Shown: in pieces, positions 25,081 to 37,352 of the stretch
Layout of the letters: the number at the start of each line of letters is the position of its first letter
Position numbering within the stretch: position 1 is the stretch's first letter
Source: Octopus bimaculoides
Lineage: Eukaryota
DNA: 49,754 bases
Assembly (NCBI RefSeq): GCF_001194135.2
Contig: NC_069000.1
Location: 41,114,870 to 41,164,623, forward strand
Reading direction: 5' to 3'
The notes under the pieces: generated by a model
Database searches by the model: none
Seen by the model: only the letters and a program-made list of their open reading frames with translations
Told to the model about the DNA's origin: nothing
Position numbers and translations under genes: made by a program

Positions 25081-25718
25081 TCAAATCTAAGTAGAACACA
25101 AGGTATTATATGGGTTAAAGTGACCGAGAATAAACAACGCACCAATTTCAAAATAGATCTGTTGAATACAACCTAAATTATACGCAAAACATTTTAAGTT
25201 TAAGAATACGACTAACTCAACACATTTTTGTATAATTCAACAACTACGAAACACGTTATCACCTAACAAAGCAACTTAATTTACATAGCAAGAAAGAAAA
25301 GCTAAAATAACACCAACAAACGCAAAACTATTCCCCGCTACTAATCAAAACAAAAATAAACATAAAAAATACTCTCTGAAAATGCAAACAACGTTGCTCA
25401 GTCATCTTTAGGAACTGCACCGGCGTTTGCACTTTCTGAAGTGAAATCGCATAAATGTGTTGTTATGTTAATGTTAATAATAATAGTTTTTACCATAGGC
25501 ATAATGTCATATTTTAGCGAACCAGAAAAGATTAAAGGTAAAGATGGCTTTGGTTGGGATTTCAAAACAAAAGGTATAAGATGCTACGAAATACAGCTTG
25601 AGGCTATATGTGATCATTTTGTGAGTAGAACTTCGCAGATAGAATCTTTTCAAAAACCTGTCGTCTATGTCGATATTTTCACAAACACACACACACACAT
25701 TATATGTGTGTGTGTGTG

Positions 25719-25752
<34 letters not shown>

Positions 25753-26890
25753 TGTATGTATGTATGTATGTATGTATGTATAAACAAACGAATGGATTAT
25801 ACTGTATCGTTACAATCACTTTCTTAAGATATTCTATTGAATAGAAAGATTACTAGATGTCAAAATGACCGATCACATTCTCGAAGAGAGGATCGCACAT
25901 GGCCTCATTTCTATGGCGAAAGCCAATAAAAGAGTTAACGATTAAAAACAGTAACGCAAGACCATTTTATAAAGGCATATATCAAGTACAACATTTATAA
26001 GGGTATCTTTCAAATTATCAGGCTGCACCATGTTGCATAAGAGCAAATATTGACGTGCTGCAGCTCAACGTTGCACTTCGTTCATATCTGTCTGCAATAA
26101 AATCTTTTAATGAAACGATTGTAGCGATACAGTATAATCCATTCGTTTCTTTTTATTGTTATTTCACAGCACTCTGAGTTGTCTTCTACTTTGGATACTC
26201 ATGGAACTGCAGATTACCAAACATCAGTGGACTTCCGTACATCGATGCTCGATGCTTCTTTCATAAACTGAGCTGTTTACCTGTTGGTTTGTGCTTTACC
26301 GTACAGTCAGTAATATTGTGTGGTTCACTTTGATACACTCCGATCTTAATTGATCCTCTTTATGTGTGCGTATGTGTGAAGGCGTGTGGCCCAGTTGTTA
26401 GGAGTGTTGCTCTCACGATCGCGTTGTGTTCTTGAGCAAAGTACTTCATTTCACGTTGCTCCAGTCCATTCAGCTGTAAATGGATACCCCTACGACGAAA
26501 TAGCCTTCCGATCAGGGGTAATGCTGGGCTGCTCACCCAGCCAGCGAGGTGATGTCATTCGAAAGCTAAAATGATGCGAAGTGGCCAGCGATGTATAACA
26601 GCGTCCGACAGTCTAATAAACCGTGCTGTATGTATATGCATTCATGCATACAGGTTTACATACATACGTTTTTGAGTTTGTGTATTTTTATCCGTGCCTA
26701 CGGTTTTGTTCACCCTGGTCTAGAAATGATTACCGGTCAGAAAGATTACTAGATGTCAAAATGACCAATAACATTCTCGAAGACAGGATCGCATATGTCC
26801 TCATTTCTATGACGAAAGCCAATAAAAGAGTTAAAGATTAAAAACAGTAACACAAGACCATTTTATAAAGTTTTACCGCAAAAAACTTAC

Positions 26891-26895
26891 CTCAT
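26891..26895 (-). CDS. Gene C coding exon 1 (ATG AG)
   Basis: ctcaaagaaaataaaaagaaaaATGAG|gtaagt; 5' UTR and intron 1 resemble gene A/B; exons 1-5 total 439 nt in one open frame (146 codons + 1 nt). Confidence 0.8.
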
Positions 26896-27013
26896 TTTTC
26901 TTTTTATTTTCTTTGAGAAATGAAAACGTTGCAAATATTCGGATACGACGTTGGTTTATGCAAGACTTGCGAGTTCAGTACCAGGGAATGGTACAATAGA
27001 GAATTAGCGAACT

Positions 27014-27067
27014 AGTAAGACTGCAAAATCTCCCGATATTTATACAAAAAGGGCTACACAAAAGTGT
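27014..27067 (-). promoter_or_regulatory. Gene C core promoter: ACACTTTTGT element, TATAAATA, initiator-like TTACT
   Basis: Minus strand acacttttgt (27067-27058), TATAAATA (27044-27037), 18-nt spacer, TTACT (27018-27014). Confidence 0.6.
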
Positions 27068-27549
27068 GAGACTTGGAATAATTATTGCTTTTGTTAATGC
27101 CCAGAAACAATGGAAATTCCTCAACTACGACCACCACTATTGCGACTACTGCTACGATAACTGCTAACGATGATGATGATTCTGTTATTTCTTTAAATTG
27201 TACCTTTTCTCCTTTCCTTTGTTTTCTTCGCCTTTTACTTTTTCTTCTCTTTTTTCCTTCTGCTTAATTTCCCATATTCTTGGTATTTCTGGGTCAAGAT
27301 TTAAAGTACATTTCTCTCGCCCTTTTCTCACTTTTCTCCCTTTCCTTCTCTCACTTTCTCTCTCTCCTTTTCTCTCTCGCCTTTTCTCTCACGCTTTCTG
27401 TCTGTCTCTTCTCTCTCTCCCTAAAGACACAGACACACTCGCAACCACACACCTCACAAATTGTTTTGCTTCAGTCAACAGTACTTAAACGGGACAGATC
27501 ATAATGTCTCAGTCTGTAAACATATAACCATAAACAGAAGCAAACACAC

Positions 27550-27580
<31 letters not shown>

Positions 27581-27626
27581 TGTATGTATGTATGTATGTA
27601 TGTATGTATGTATGTATGTATGTAGG

Positions 27627-27691
<65 letters not shown>

Positions 27692-28112
27692 GCAACACGT
27701 AAAAGGTAAAGTCGGCTTGAGGATTTATTAAAAGATACTTGCCGAAGGTACCATGCTGTAGGATTGCATTTGGCCTGATTTGAAAAGTAATATTAGTTAT
27801 CACACAGTCACGTCTTCGGTGATGTGTTTATTAGTTTATCTTTTAGTCAGGGAGTAAGACTATACCCACTACACATTCCAGGATGTCTGAAACTGCTGTG
27901 AAGGAGGAAGAAAACGTTTTCAAACCAGCCCGAATACTTGCAAGAGACACACTAAGTGCAAAATACATACAGAATGCCAGTTAGTGGTGTTAAACCGGCG
28001 ATGGTTAAGGGTACCACTCCAGTAGTCTATAGTAGAACTTGAAATAAGTCTGCAGAAAGATGCATAAAAATCCAAACACACACGCGCGCGTGCGCACACA
28101 CATATATACACA

Positions 28113-30400
28113 CTAGCAGTAGTACCTGGCGTTGCACAGGTCTTAATAAATTACGATTCAACTGCGAAAAGAAGAGGCTTTGCACTTGAGAAAATGTTTT
28201 GAGCCCTACCTCGGCTACCGTGTTTGCGCAATGCTCTTCTGATTTCAACATCTTACTCCTCAGCCCAGCGCAGATAAGAACCATACACTTGCGAATGAAG
28301 CCATAGAAGGAAGCACACAGATAAACGTATAGGAAGAGAACGAGTTGAACAATTTCAGCGTTTCCTAAGAGCGAACCATTTGAGCGATAGATTGCTCCCG
28401 GTTGAAGGAGGTTAATGGTTAATGGGTGACAGTTGGAATGTCACCCTCAAGAGGTTCATGCAACACGTAGCCGCCATACGTTTTGTAAATTGGTATCATT
28501 TCCGTTGAATTGGTCACTTTAATGTTGTGAATAAACATACTTGAGGTAATCGACCGCATAGAAGGCAGCAGAAATGTTCTCAAATATGCGATACCTAACC
28601 TGCCTTTCCGCTGGTCTGTTTGTAGCAGCTGTTTGACAACACCGTTTCTTCGCTTTATTATCGTGCAAATGCAACGAATCACCACCTCTTTGCCATCGTA
28701 GGAACTCCACACGAACGCCTTCCATAAACCCACAGAATATCAAGATGCAGGCGCCCTTTTCTGATGCTTCCGCCTGAAACGGGGTACGCTCAAATAGTAA
28801 AAGTATTTGAGCGTATCCGGTTATATGCATGGATAGCGATAACGTACCCACTTCAGCCTTGGCAAATACGTAACACTTCGTTGTAGACAATGTTTCTCGT
28901 CTTCCCCCGACGTGTTTATGCGAACAGTCTGTCTTTACTGCCGACTCTGGAGCATGCAACTTACAGCTGGCCATGCGAAAATCAAGGCTCTTCCAAGTCC
29001 GGCCACAGAAAGAATCTGGCCCTAGGACTTGTTGAGAGACATGGCGAAGCTGGGCCGGTGTGGGAATTGCAGTCTTCTGAAGGCGAAAGGTATGCGTCTG
29101 CTCCCGAGGGAGTAAGGGGAATCCTGTGACTGAATATATCCTCACCTTTTCCGCATCCGGATAGGATGGCTGCCTCGACAACATGCTTCATTTTTTTTTT
29201 ACAGCCAGACGTGTTCCGTTGCACAGTCTGGGGGGAGGGTGCTCCAAAGTGCGTCGACGCATNNNNNNNNNNNNNNNNNNNNNNNNNNNNNNNNNNNNNN
29301 NNNNNNNNNNNNNNNNNNNNNNNNNNNNNNNNNNNNNNNNNNNNNNNNNNNNNNNNNNNNNNNNNNNNNNNNNNNNNNNNNNNNNNNNNNNNNNNNNNNN
29401 NNNNNNNNNNNNNNNNNNNNNNNNNNNNNNNNNNNNNNNNNNNNNNNNNNNNNNNNNNNNNNNNNNNNNNNNNNNNNNNNNNNNNNNNNNNNNNNNNNNN
29501 NNNNNNNNNNNNNNNNNNNNNNNNNNNNNNNNNNNNNNNNNNNNNNNNNNNNNNNNNNNNNNNNNNNNNNNNNNNNNNNNNNNNNNNNNNNNNNNNNNNN
29601 NNNNNNNNNNNNNNNNNNNNNNNNNNNNNNNNNNNNNNNNNNNNNNNNNNNNNNNNNNNNNNNNNNNNNNNNNNNNNNNNNNNNNNNNNNNNNNNNNNNN
29701 NNNNNNNNNNNNNNNNNNNNNNNNNNNNNNNNNNNNNNNNNNNNNNNNNNNNNNNNNNNNNNNNNNNNNNNNNNNNNNNNNNNNNNNNNNNNNNNNNNNN
29801 NNNNNNNNNNNNNNNNNNAAAGTCACCTAAAAGCAAAGGCGTAACATCTCTCACGGGGGCTTCGCAACCCTTGATATCCTGAAGGGTTCTGTTTAACGTG
29901 TCGAAGGCTCCCCTGTGGGCCATAGTACACTTGTCCAACACAATAAGCTGACAGCGTTTCAGCACTTGGCCCTGGTCAGAGTTCTTGGTTATATTGCAGG
30001 TAAGTGTTTCTGACTTAGTTAAATTGAGGGGCAACTTAAAGGTGGAGTGGGCAGTTCTGCCGCCAGGCAGCAAAGTTGTAGCAATCCTTGAAGATGCGAC
30101 CTCAACCGCAATGCTCTTTTGCGTCTTGACCTTCGATAGGATGAGCTTCGTTAGAAAGACTTTGCCTGTACCCACTGGAGCATCAAGATAAACAAACCCA
30201 CTTTCCTGTGGTGCACATGATCAGTCACAATAGTATAAACATGCCGTTGATCCGGAAGAAGCTTGGGTTCAGTTTCTAGGACGAAATCGGCAAGGGCATC
30301 TGTGTCGTAGGACGTCTCTCGCAAAAGAGCTGTAGGAAGTAAATTTGACTCTGAACGCAGAAGAGAAGAGAAATTGTCCATATCTCTCTTGACAGGTTAG
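28113..30400 (-). mobile_element. Helitron 3' portion (PIF1-like helicase pseudogene plus 3' terminus)
   Basis: GTGKVF, LLPGGRTAHSTFKLPL, LLGDF and LCNGTRL; 3' hairpin acctg..caggt (28124-28141) then CTAG at 28113-28116 followed by T. Confidence 0.92.
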
Positions 30401-32132
30401 TTATCACCTTATGTCGACAGTAGAAATATTAGATATTTCTGGAAAATCTCTTTCCATCGAATACCATTTTTTCCATTGAAGTACGAATTTATATCGATTG
30501 CGAAATCAAAGTGGTGATATTATTGATATCTTTCCTGTAAAAGCTTGTTTTAAGAGACTCTGTTATTTATGCTGTCTACAGCATTTTGCATATCTGCAGA
30601 GAGTGTACACCATCACTCATCTCGATTAATACAAACCATTTTCAGTACAACTATCTTTTAATGACTATATATCATCTTCTGACGGTTATGGTGTTCATTT
30701 AGGAGCTGACACTGTCATATCTACTTGTTCTTTCTGATAAGAAACCGAACTATCTTTTTATTGCCTCCATCAAACTAATCTTGGAGCCTTGCTGTTTGGA
30801 ACTCGAAACTTTCAGTAAAAGCTTTATACAACAAGTTGTAAACAATGTCATCTGAAGGGGTATCTTTTGTGAGATAAAATTTATTAAAAGCAGCCTGAAC
30901 ATGCGAGCTTTATAGATTGACCACATTAACAAACCTAAGAATTTTGTTGACGTTTCTTCACAGCGTTTAGATGTATAACTATTATATCCGAATCAGTGAA
31001 TGTGATGTGTTCTCTTTCAATATTCTTACCTGTACTATATGGGCCATTGCTTCTTGGAGTTGGCTGGTTTCGTATCATATCCATTCAAGCATTCAGCTTT
31101 CTCTTCTTATCGCCGACCATATTGTGGTCACCTCTACCATAGGATTTGTCTTTACCAGATGATCACTTGTCCATGTTTTTCTGCAATCCTCAACTTTCAA
31201 CAGTTCAACATAGACGTTATCCAGATCACTGCTGGTTTATTTCAGAGTTTTTGCAAAGGCCACTGGAACAGCACTCTCACCCGGACGAATAAAACAAAGA
31301 AATCTCTACTACTCATTAACAATGCCACTTGGAATAAAAAATAATGCTATGTAATTTGACGTCTTTATGTGACCACATGATGAAATTGAAGTGTACAAAT
31401 TTGTATGCGTAGTTTATATTAACTTATATTTCTTTTTCTAGTGGATAGCTTACAACATGATGATGAATTAATTATCACGTTGTAAGCTATCTCTAGTAAT
31501 ATGTACAGCTATCATGAATTTCATAGGCTTAAGAGATTTTCAACTTTATTTTTAAAAAACAGTGCTATAAAGAAAGGAAGCTGAAGATGATTCTTGACAT
31601 TCATATATCAAGCGAATGCTATCCATATATGCTCGTACATGCAGAATTTTTTTAGTATTCAAATACTATTAAGCCCACTGAAAAATTTCATTACATTGAG
31701 AATTTAACAATCAGGCCCATACTTAAGAAAAATCTTGTGACATTGGTAAATAGTATATCTAGAATATTTTTACATGATGTATTATTGTAATGATACCTCA
31801 AAAACAGCAGAATCACAAACACAATATATTATATAAAAGATAATATTGATATTACTTTTAATTTAAAACAGGGAAAGAAATATTCTATAGTTTATACCTA
31901 AGTTCTCATATCATTATAAGATTTCTAAATTTATTAATTAAGCGTTTCTCCTGAAATGGCAAATAGCTCTAAATACACATTGATTATTCTGAATAAGTGT
32001 AAATTAGGAATAATTAGTAAACATATTTTATATCATATCATCTTTAAGAATCAAACCAACTCCGTTATGAAAATAATAGTAGTTTATCAGTATACATTTT
32101 AAAGAAAAATGTATTTATATTATTCACATAAT

Positions 32133-32253
32133 TTTACAATTGATGGATATTTGTCCTCATCTTGTTTGTTGTTAACACAACGTTTCGGCTGATATACCTT
32201 CCAGCCTTCATCAGGTGTCTTGGGGAAATTTCGAACCTGGATTCTCATTCCTA
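32133..32253 (-). repeat. PLE-type terminal repeat, inverted partner of 33725-33845
   Basis: About 120-bp reverse-complement match; contains a hammerhead core. Confidence 0.85.
32174..32219 (-). ncRNA. Minimal type I hammerhead ribozyme motif
   Basis: acac-CTGATGA-a-ggctg(loop)cagcc-GAAA-CGTT-gtgt on the minus strand. Confidence 0.7.
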
Positions 32254-32274
32254 AGGTATTTTTCGATGTTGTTG

Positions 32275-32313
<39 letters not shown>

Positions 32314-32375
32314 GTGGTGGTTAAGAGCGTGGGCTACTAACCCCAAGATTCTGAGTTCGATTCCAGGCAGTAACC

Positions 32376-32429
<54 letters not shown>

Positions 32430-33680
32430 GTAATAATAATAATAATAAACACTAGCCATAAACAAGGTGGCACCAATTATCATAAAATACATAGAGCACT
32501 CAATGAACAAATGGCAGACAGTGCTACAGCTCCAAACAAAAGAGGGACTTGTGAAAACGAAAGCCATCCCCATTAGAAGAGNNNNNNNNNNNNNNNNNNN
32601 NNNNNNNNNNNNNNNNNNNNNNNNNNNNNNNNNNNNNNNNNNNNNNNNNNNNNNNNNNNNNNNNNNNNNNNNNNNNNNNNNNNNNNNNNNNNNNNNNNNN
32701 NNNNNNNNNNNNNNNNNNNNNNNNNNNNNNNNNNNNNNNNNNNNNNNNNNNNNNNNNNNNNNNNNNNNNNNNNNNNNNNNNNNNNNNNNNNNNNNNNNNN
32801 NNNNNNNNNNNNNNNNNNNNNNNNNNNNNNNNNNNNNNNNNNNNNNNNNNNNNNNNNNNNNNNNNNNNNNNNNNNNNNNNNNNNNNNNNNNNNNNNNNNN
32901 NNNNNNNNNNNNNNNNNNNNNNNNNNNNNNNNNNNNNNNNNNNNNNNNNNNNNNNNNNNNNNNNNNNNNNNNNNNNNNNNNNNNNNNNNNNNNNNNNNNN
33001 NNNNNNNNNNNNNNNNNNNNNNNNNNNNNNNNNNNNNNNNNNNNNNNNNNNNNNNNNNNNNNNNNNNNNNNNNNNNNNNNNNNNNNNNNNNNNNNNNNNN
33101 NNNNNNNNNNNNNNNNNNNNNNNNNNNNNNNNNNNNNNNNNNNNNNNNNNNNNNNNNNNNNNNNNNNNNNNNNNNNNNNNNNNNNNNNNNNNNNNNNNNN
33201 NNNNNNNNNNNNNNNNNNNNNNNNNNNNNNNNNNNNNNNNNNNNNNNNNNNNNNNNNNNNNNNNNNNNNNNNNNNNNNNNNNNNNNNNNNNNNNNNNNNN
33301 NNNNNNNNNNNNNNNNNNNNNNNNNNNNNNNNNNNNNNNNNNNNNNNNNNNNNNNNNNNNNNNNNNNNNNNNNNNNNNNNNNNNNNNNNNNNNNNNNNNN
33401 NNNNNNNNNNNNNNNNNNNNNNNNNNNNNNNNNNNNNNNNNNNNNNNNNNNNNNNNNNNNNNNNNNNNNNNNNNNNNNNNNNNNNNNNNNNNNNNNNNNN
33501 NNNNNNNNNNNNNNNNNNNNNNNNNNNNNNNNNNNNNNNNNNNNNNNNNNNNNNNNNNNNNNNNNNNNNNNNNNNNGTAAACATAAGAGCACCACAGCAA
33601 ACCACAGCACATACCCAAGGTACACAGAGCTGCGCTCGGTAGTGAAGTGAAAGCACGTTATAAAAATAAAACTACTGAAC

Positions 33681-33726
<46 letters not shown>

Positions 33727-33758
33727 GGAATGAGAACCCAAGTTCGAAGTTTCCCCAA

Positions 33759-33804
33759 GACACCTGATGAAGGCTGGAGGGTATATCAGCCGAAACGTTG
33801 TGTT
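33759..33804 (+). ncRNA. Minimal type I hammerhead ribozyme motif
   Basis: acac CTGATGA (33764-33770) a ggctg gagggtatat cagcc GAAA (33792-33795) CGTT gtgt. Confidence 0.72.
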
Positions 33805-36800
33805 AACAACAAACAAGATGAGGACAAATACCCGTCAAATGTAAATAATGTAAGTAATGTACATAATTCCTCATCTCTTAAATATAGAACTGAAAAATAT
33901 ATTTGAAAGTGAATATGCATAGCTAAATTCTATTCCTCGATAGCTGATAGGTGCTACAGATATTTCTATGATTGTAGTGTCATATTCTTTTTATTTCAGA
34001 TATTTCTATGATTGTAGTGTCATATTCTTTTTATTTTATTTTGTTTATTTATTTATTTATTTATTTGTAAATTCATCGTCCTCTCAAATGAATAAGATGT
34101 TTAGTAGGTTTGCTTCATCTGTTTATAACTACGACATGACACTAATATCTAAATATTGTTACATAACAGTATCATTTAAGAAAAAGCTTGCCTAACTTAC
34201 ACGCAGAAAAGTGTCCCTTAGAATTCTTAAATTCGCTATCTACGTATTTAAATTGTCTTTCGAGATATGTTTATTAATAACAGCAACTTTACTTGGGTGG
34301 TGACTAAGAATACATAAAGAAATCCATAAGATGTACCACCTTTTCCAAAAACGTGACAATTTTGGCTTGTTTATTGATATATAAAATTGCTTTGTAATAT
34401 TACTTGAAGAAAAGAGCTTTTGTATAACCTGATAAATCACAATGAATTTAAACATTTTTGGTATATTTTCATAAAAAGTACACTGGAGTTAATATTTTCA
34501 CACGATAAAATTCACCAAATAAAAAATTGTATGATCTCGTAAACTGAAACAGACATATTCACACAAATACTAACACATGCATACACGCACATATATGTGA
34601 ATACATAATATATATGCACACATACAAAAATATGTATTTAGAAACACGCATAAAATAAAACAAACACTAAAAAACTTGTTTGTTTCTCACGTTCGTGTTC
34701 ACCTATGTCTTTCTCCCTTATAATTATGTTCTAATCTCCCTTTCCCATCTGACTTATACCAAGAAAACAAAAACAAACTCAACGAATTCTATCTTCACAT
34801 CAAAATATTGCTTTCTCATCATATCAACATGTAGAAATTTAGATAAGAATGTAAACCCCTTGCCTTTGGTTTTAAAGAACATCGTGGATATGTTTGTACA
34901 GAATTTTAACCGAAGATGACATATCACACATCATATATTCATTTATATATATATATATATATGCTTTTCTATTCTAGGCACAAAGCCCGAAATTTTTGGG
35001 ACAGGGGTTAGTCAATTAGATCGACTCCAGTACGCAACTGATACTTAATTTATTGACCCCGAAAGGATGAAAGGCAAAGTCGACCTCGGCGGAATTTGAA
35101 TTCAGAATGTAAAGACACAAAGTACAGCTAAGCATTTCGCCCAGCGTGCTAACTTTTCTGTCAACTCGCCGCTTTAATATACATATATATAGCATTCACT
35201 CCAAAACGCATATACAACACCATCTGTTGACGTTGAACTTTAGGTACAGAAACTTTGTTATTTGCTGAAAACAGTATATGCTTTGAAAACCTTCACTGAA
35301 CATATTGCACCTCGCTACTTTAGCTTTTGGCGTTTTGTATATTTATGTATTACCTCTTCTGTCCCGAATAATAACTATCACCAATTACTTGCCCTTAAAT
35401 TTTTGTAGTTGTTCATTCATTCATTCACAAACTTCTCCACATACAACACGGACTAAAATCTTCTTAAGAAAATACGAATTTACTATAGTNNNNNNNNNNN
35501 NNNNNNNNNNNNNNNNNNNNNNNNNNNNNNNNNNNNNNNNNNNNNNNNNNNNNNNNNNNNNNNNNNNNNNNNNNNNNNNNNNNNNNNNNNNNNNNNNNNN
35601 NNNNNNNNNNNNNNNNNNNNNNNNNNNNNNNNNNNNNNNNNNNNNNNNNNNNNNNNNNNNNNNNNNNNNNNNNNNNNNNNNNNNNNNNNNNNNNNNNNNN
35701 NNNNNNNNNNNNNNNNNNNNNNNNNNNNNNNNNNNNNNNNNNNNNNNNNNNNNNNNNNNNNNNNNNNNNNNNNNNNNNNNNNNNNNNNNNNNNNNNNNNN
35801 NNNNNNNNNNNNNNNNNNNNNNNNNNNNNNNNNNNNNNNNNNATATATATCAGTTTGTACAAAAACCATGATATTATAAGTAATAACGTGCAACTTAGTG
35901 CTTATAATGCCGTATATAATGTACAGTAAATCAAAGCAGTTATAGTTATATATCGAGAGTCGTAATGTAATTTTCCGTGCTTACGTAATTAGCAAATGCA
36001 TATTTAGACTTGGTATGAAAAAGTAAACTAGAGGTATTTCTCTCGGTGGCTGGAAAAAGACCTGACGAGTTGCAGTTTTTGTTAACACCTTATGAGAAAT
36101 TTGTCACTCTTTGTTGTCCAAAAAGACCTAAACAAGTTATAGATGTTTTTATTTGTGCACAATTGGATTGCACAAAATTCGATTACCTAACTTGGATAAC
36201 TAAAATCATTGGCAATATGAATTAATTAGCTTACATGAACTCGATCCTGTGAAAAGATAAGTGGAGCTATTAAATGTACGTACATGTCGTTTTAGTAAAC
36301 ATTTCACCTTTCAAAAAAGGCATGCTGAGTAGTTAAATCAATACAAGCATTCACAACGTCAATTTATTAATAGAAGCATATCGATCTCTGACGATACCTA
36401 AATAAATGTTGAAACTACGCAGTTCACATAGCTTAATATACATTTTAATGGCTACAGAGTGAAAGCTCAGTGGTTCCACCATGATGTATACTTTACACAA
36501 GATTAAATGACTGTTCACTAAAAGCAGACGATTATAAGTTTACTTTTGATAAAAATCATATCAAGATGATTTAGATGATGATCAACTAAAACTATCTAGG
36601 AAAACTGCAAATGCTATGATAATACTTAAATATCGCAGCAACAATGACAAGCAATGTGATGTTTGATTCACAAAGACGAAAGCTACGTCACTAACATTTC
36701 TCTCAAGAACTTAAAAAAGATTACAGCTCATCCAGGTTTTAGCCACTAAGAGGAATACCTGTACAAAACTTTTTCATAACAAAGATAAATGTGCATTTAC

Positions 36801-37298
36801 TAGTAACATAAGCTTGTAAAATTACATTAGATTCCCTGATATAAAACTGTTAAAATTTCATGTACATAGTGTAAAGCATTATACGTACTAGATTGCATGT
36901 TTTTGTTTATAATGTCTTACTTGATTCTGATTTAGCGTTTATTGAATTTATTATAAAGTAATTTACAGTCACTACACTGTAACTAACGGAGAAACACTTT
37001 CATGCTTCATGCGTCTTACAAAGTGTGAATGATGCAAGAACAGTAACAGCTGTGTCTGTATTTTTCTCTATCTTATACAAAAATATTACACAAATCTTGT
37101 ATTTCGACAATATGATCACCAAAGTGAAGAAATATTTAAAATATCAGTGATGAATGACAAGTTCTTGAATATACTTCTTTTATGCACACTTCTACGAGAC
37201 AACTAGGCACTATTATTGTCTTGAGACAAAATCTATAAGGAATCTTTATGGAATGAATAAATCAAGTGTTCAGTTATAACTCAACAATTGAAAGAACA

Positions 37299-37352
<54 letters not shown>

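Noticed and set aside
30700-31340. Coding-looking stretch and ORF 31039-31344
   Set aside because: Stops in the most plausible frames and no recognisable motif; likely a decayed transposon.
32313-32375. tRNA-like sequence with A and B boxes
   Set aside because: No complete acceptor stem; embedded between microsatellites; best read as a SINE head.
33958-34035. Short direct tandem duplication of about 39 bp
   Set aside because: Non-coding slippage duplication; not a CRISPR or functional array.
34197-34430. Minus-strand acceptor/donor pair suggesting an exon (similar weak candidates near 36060-36130, 37020-37075 and 44540-44690)
   Set aside because: Stops in all frames or no identifiable homology; cannot be linked into a gene.
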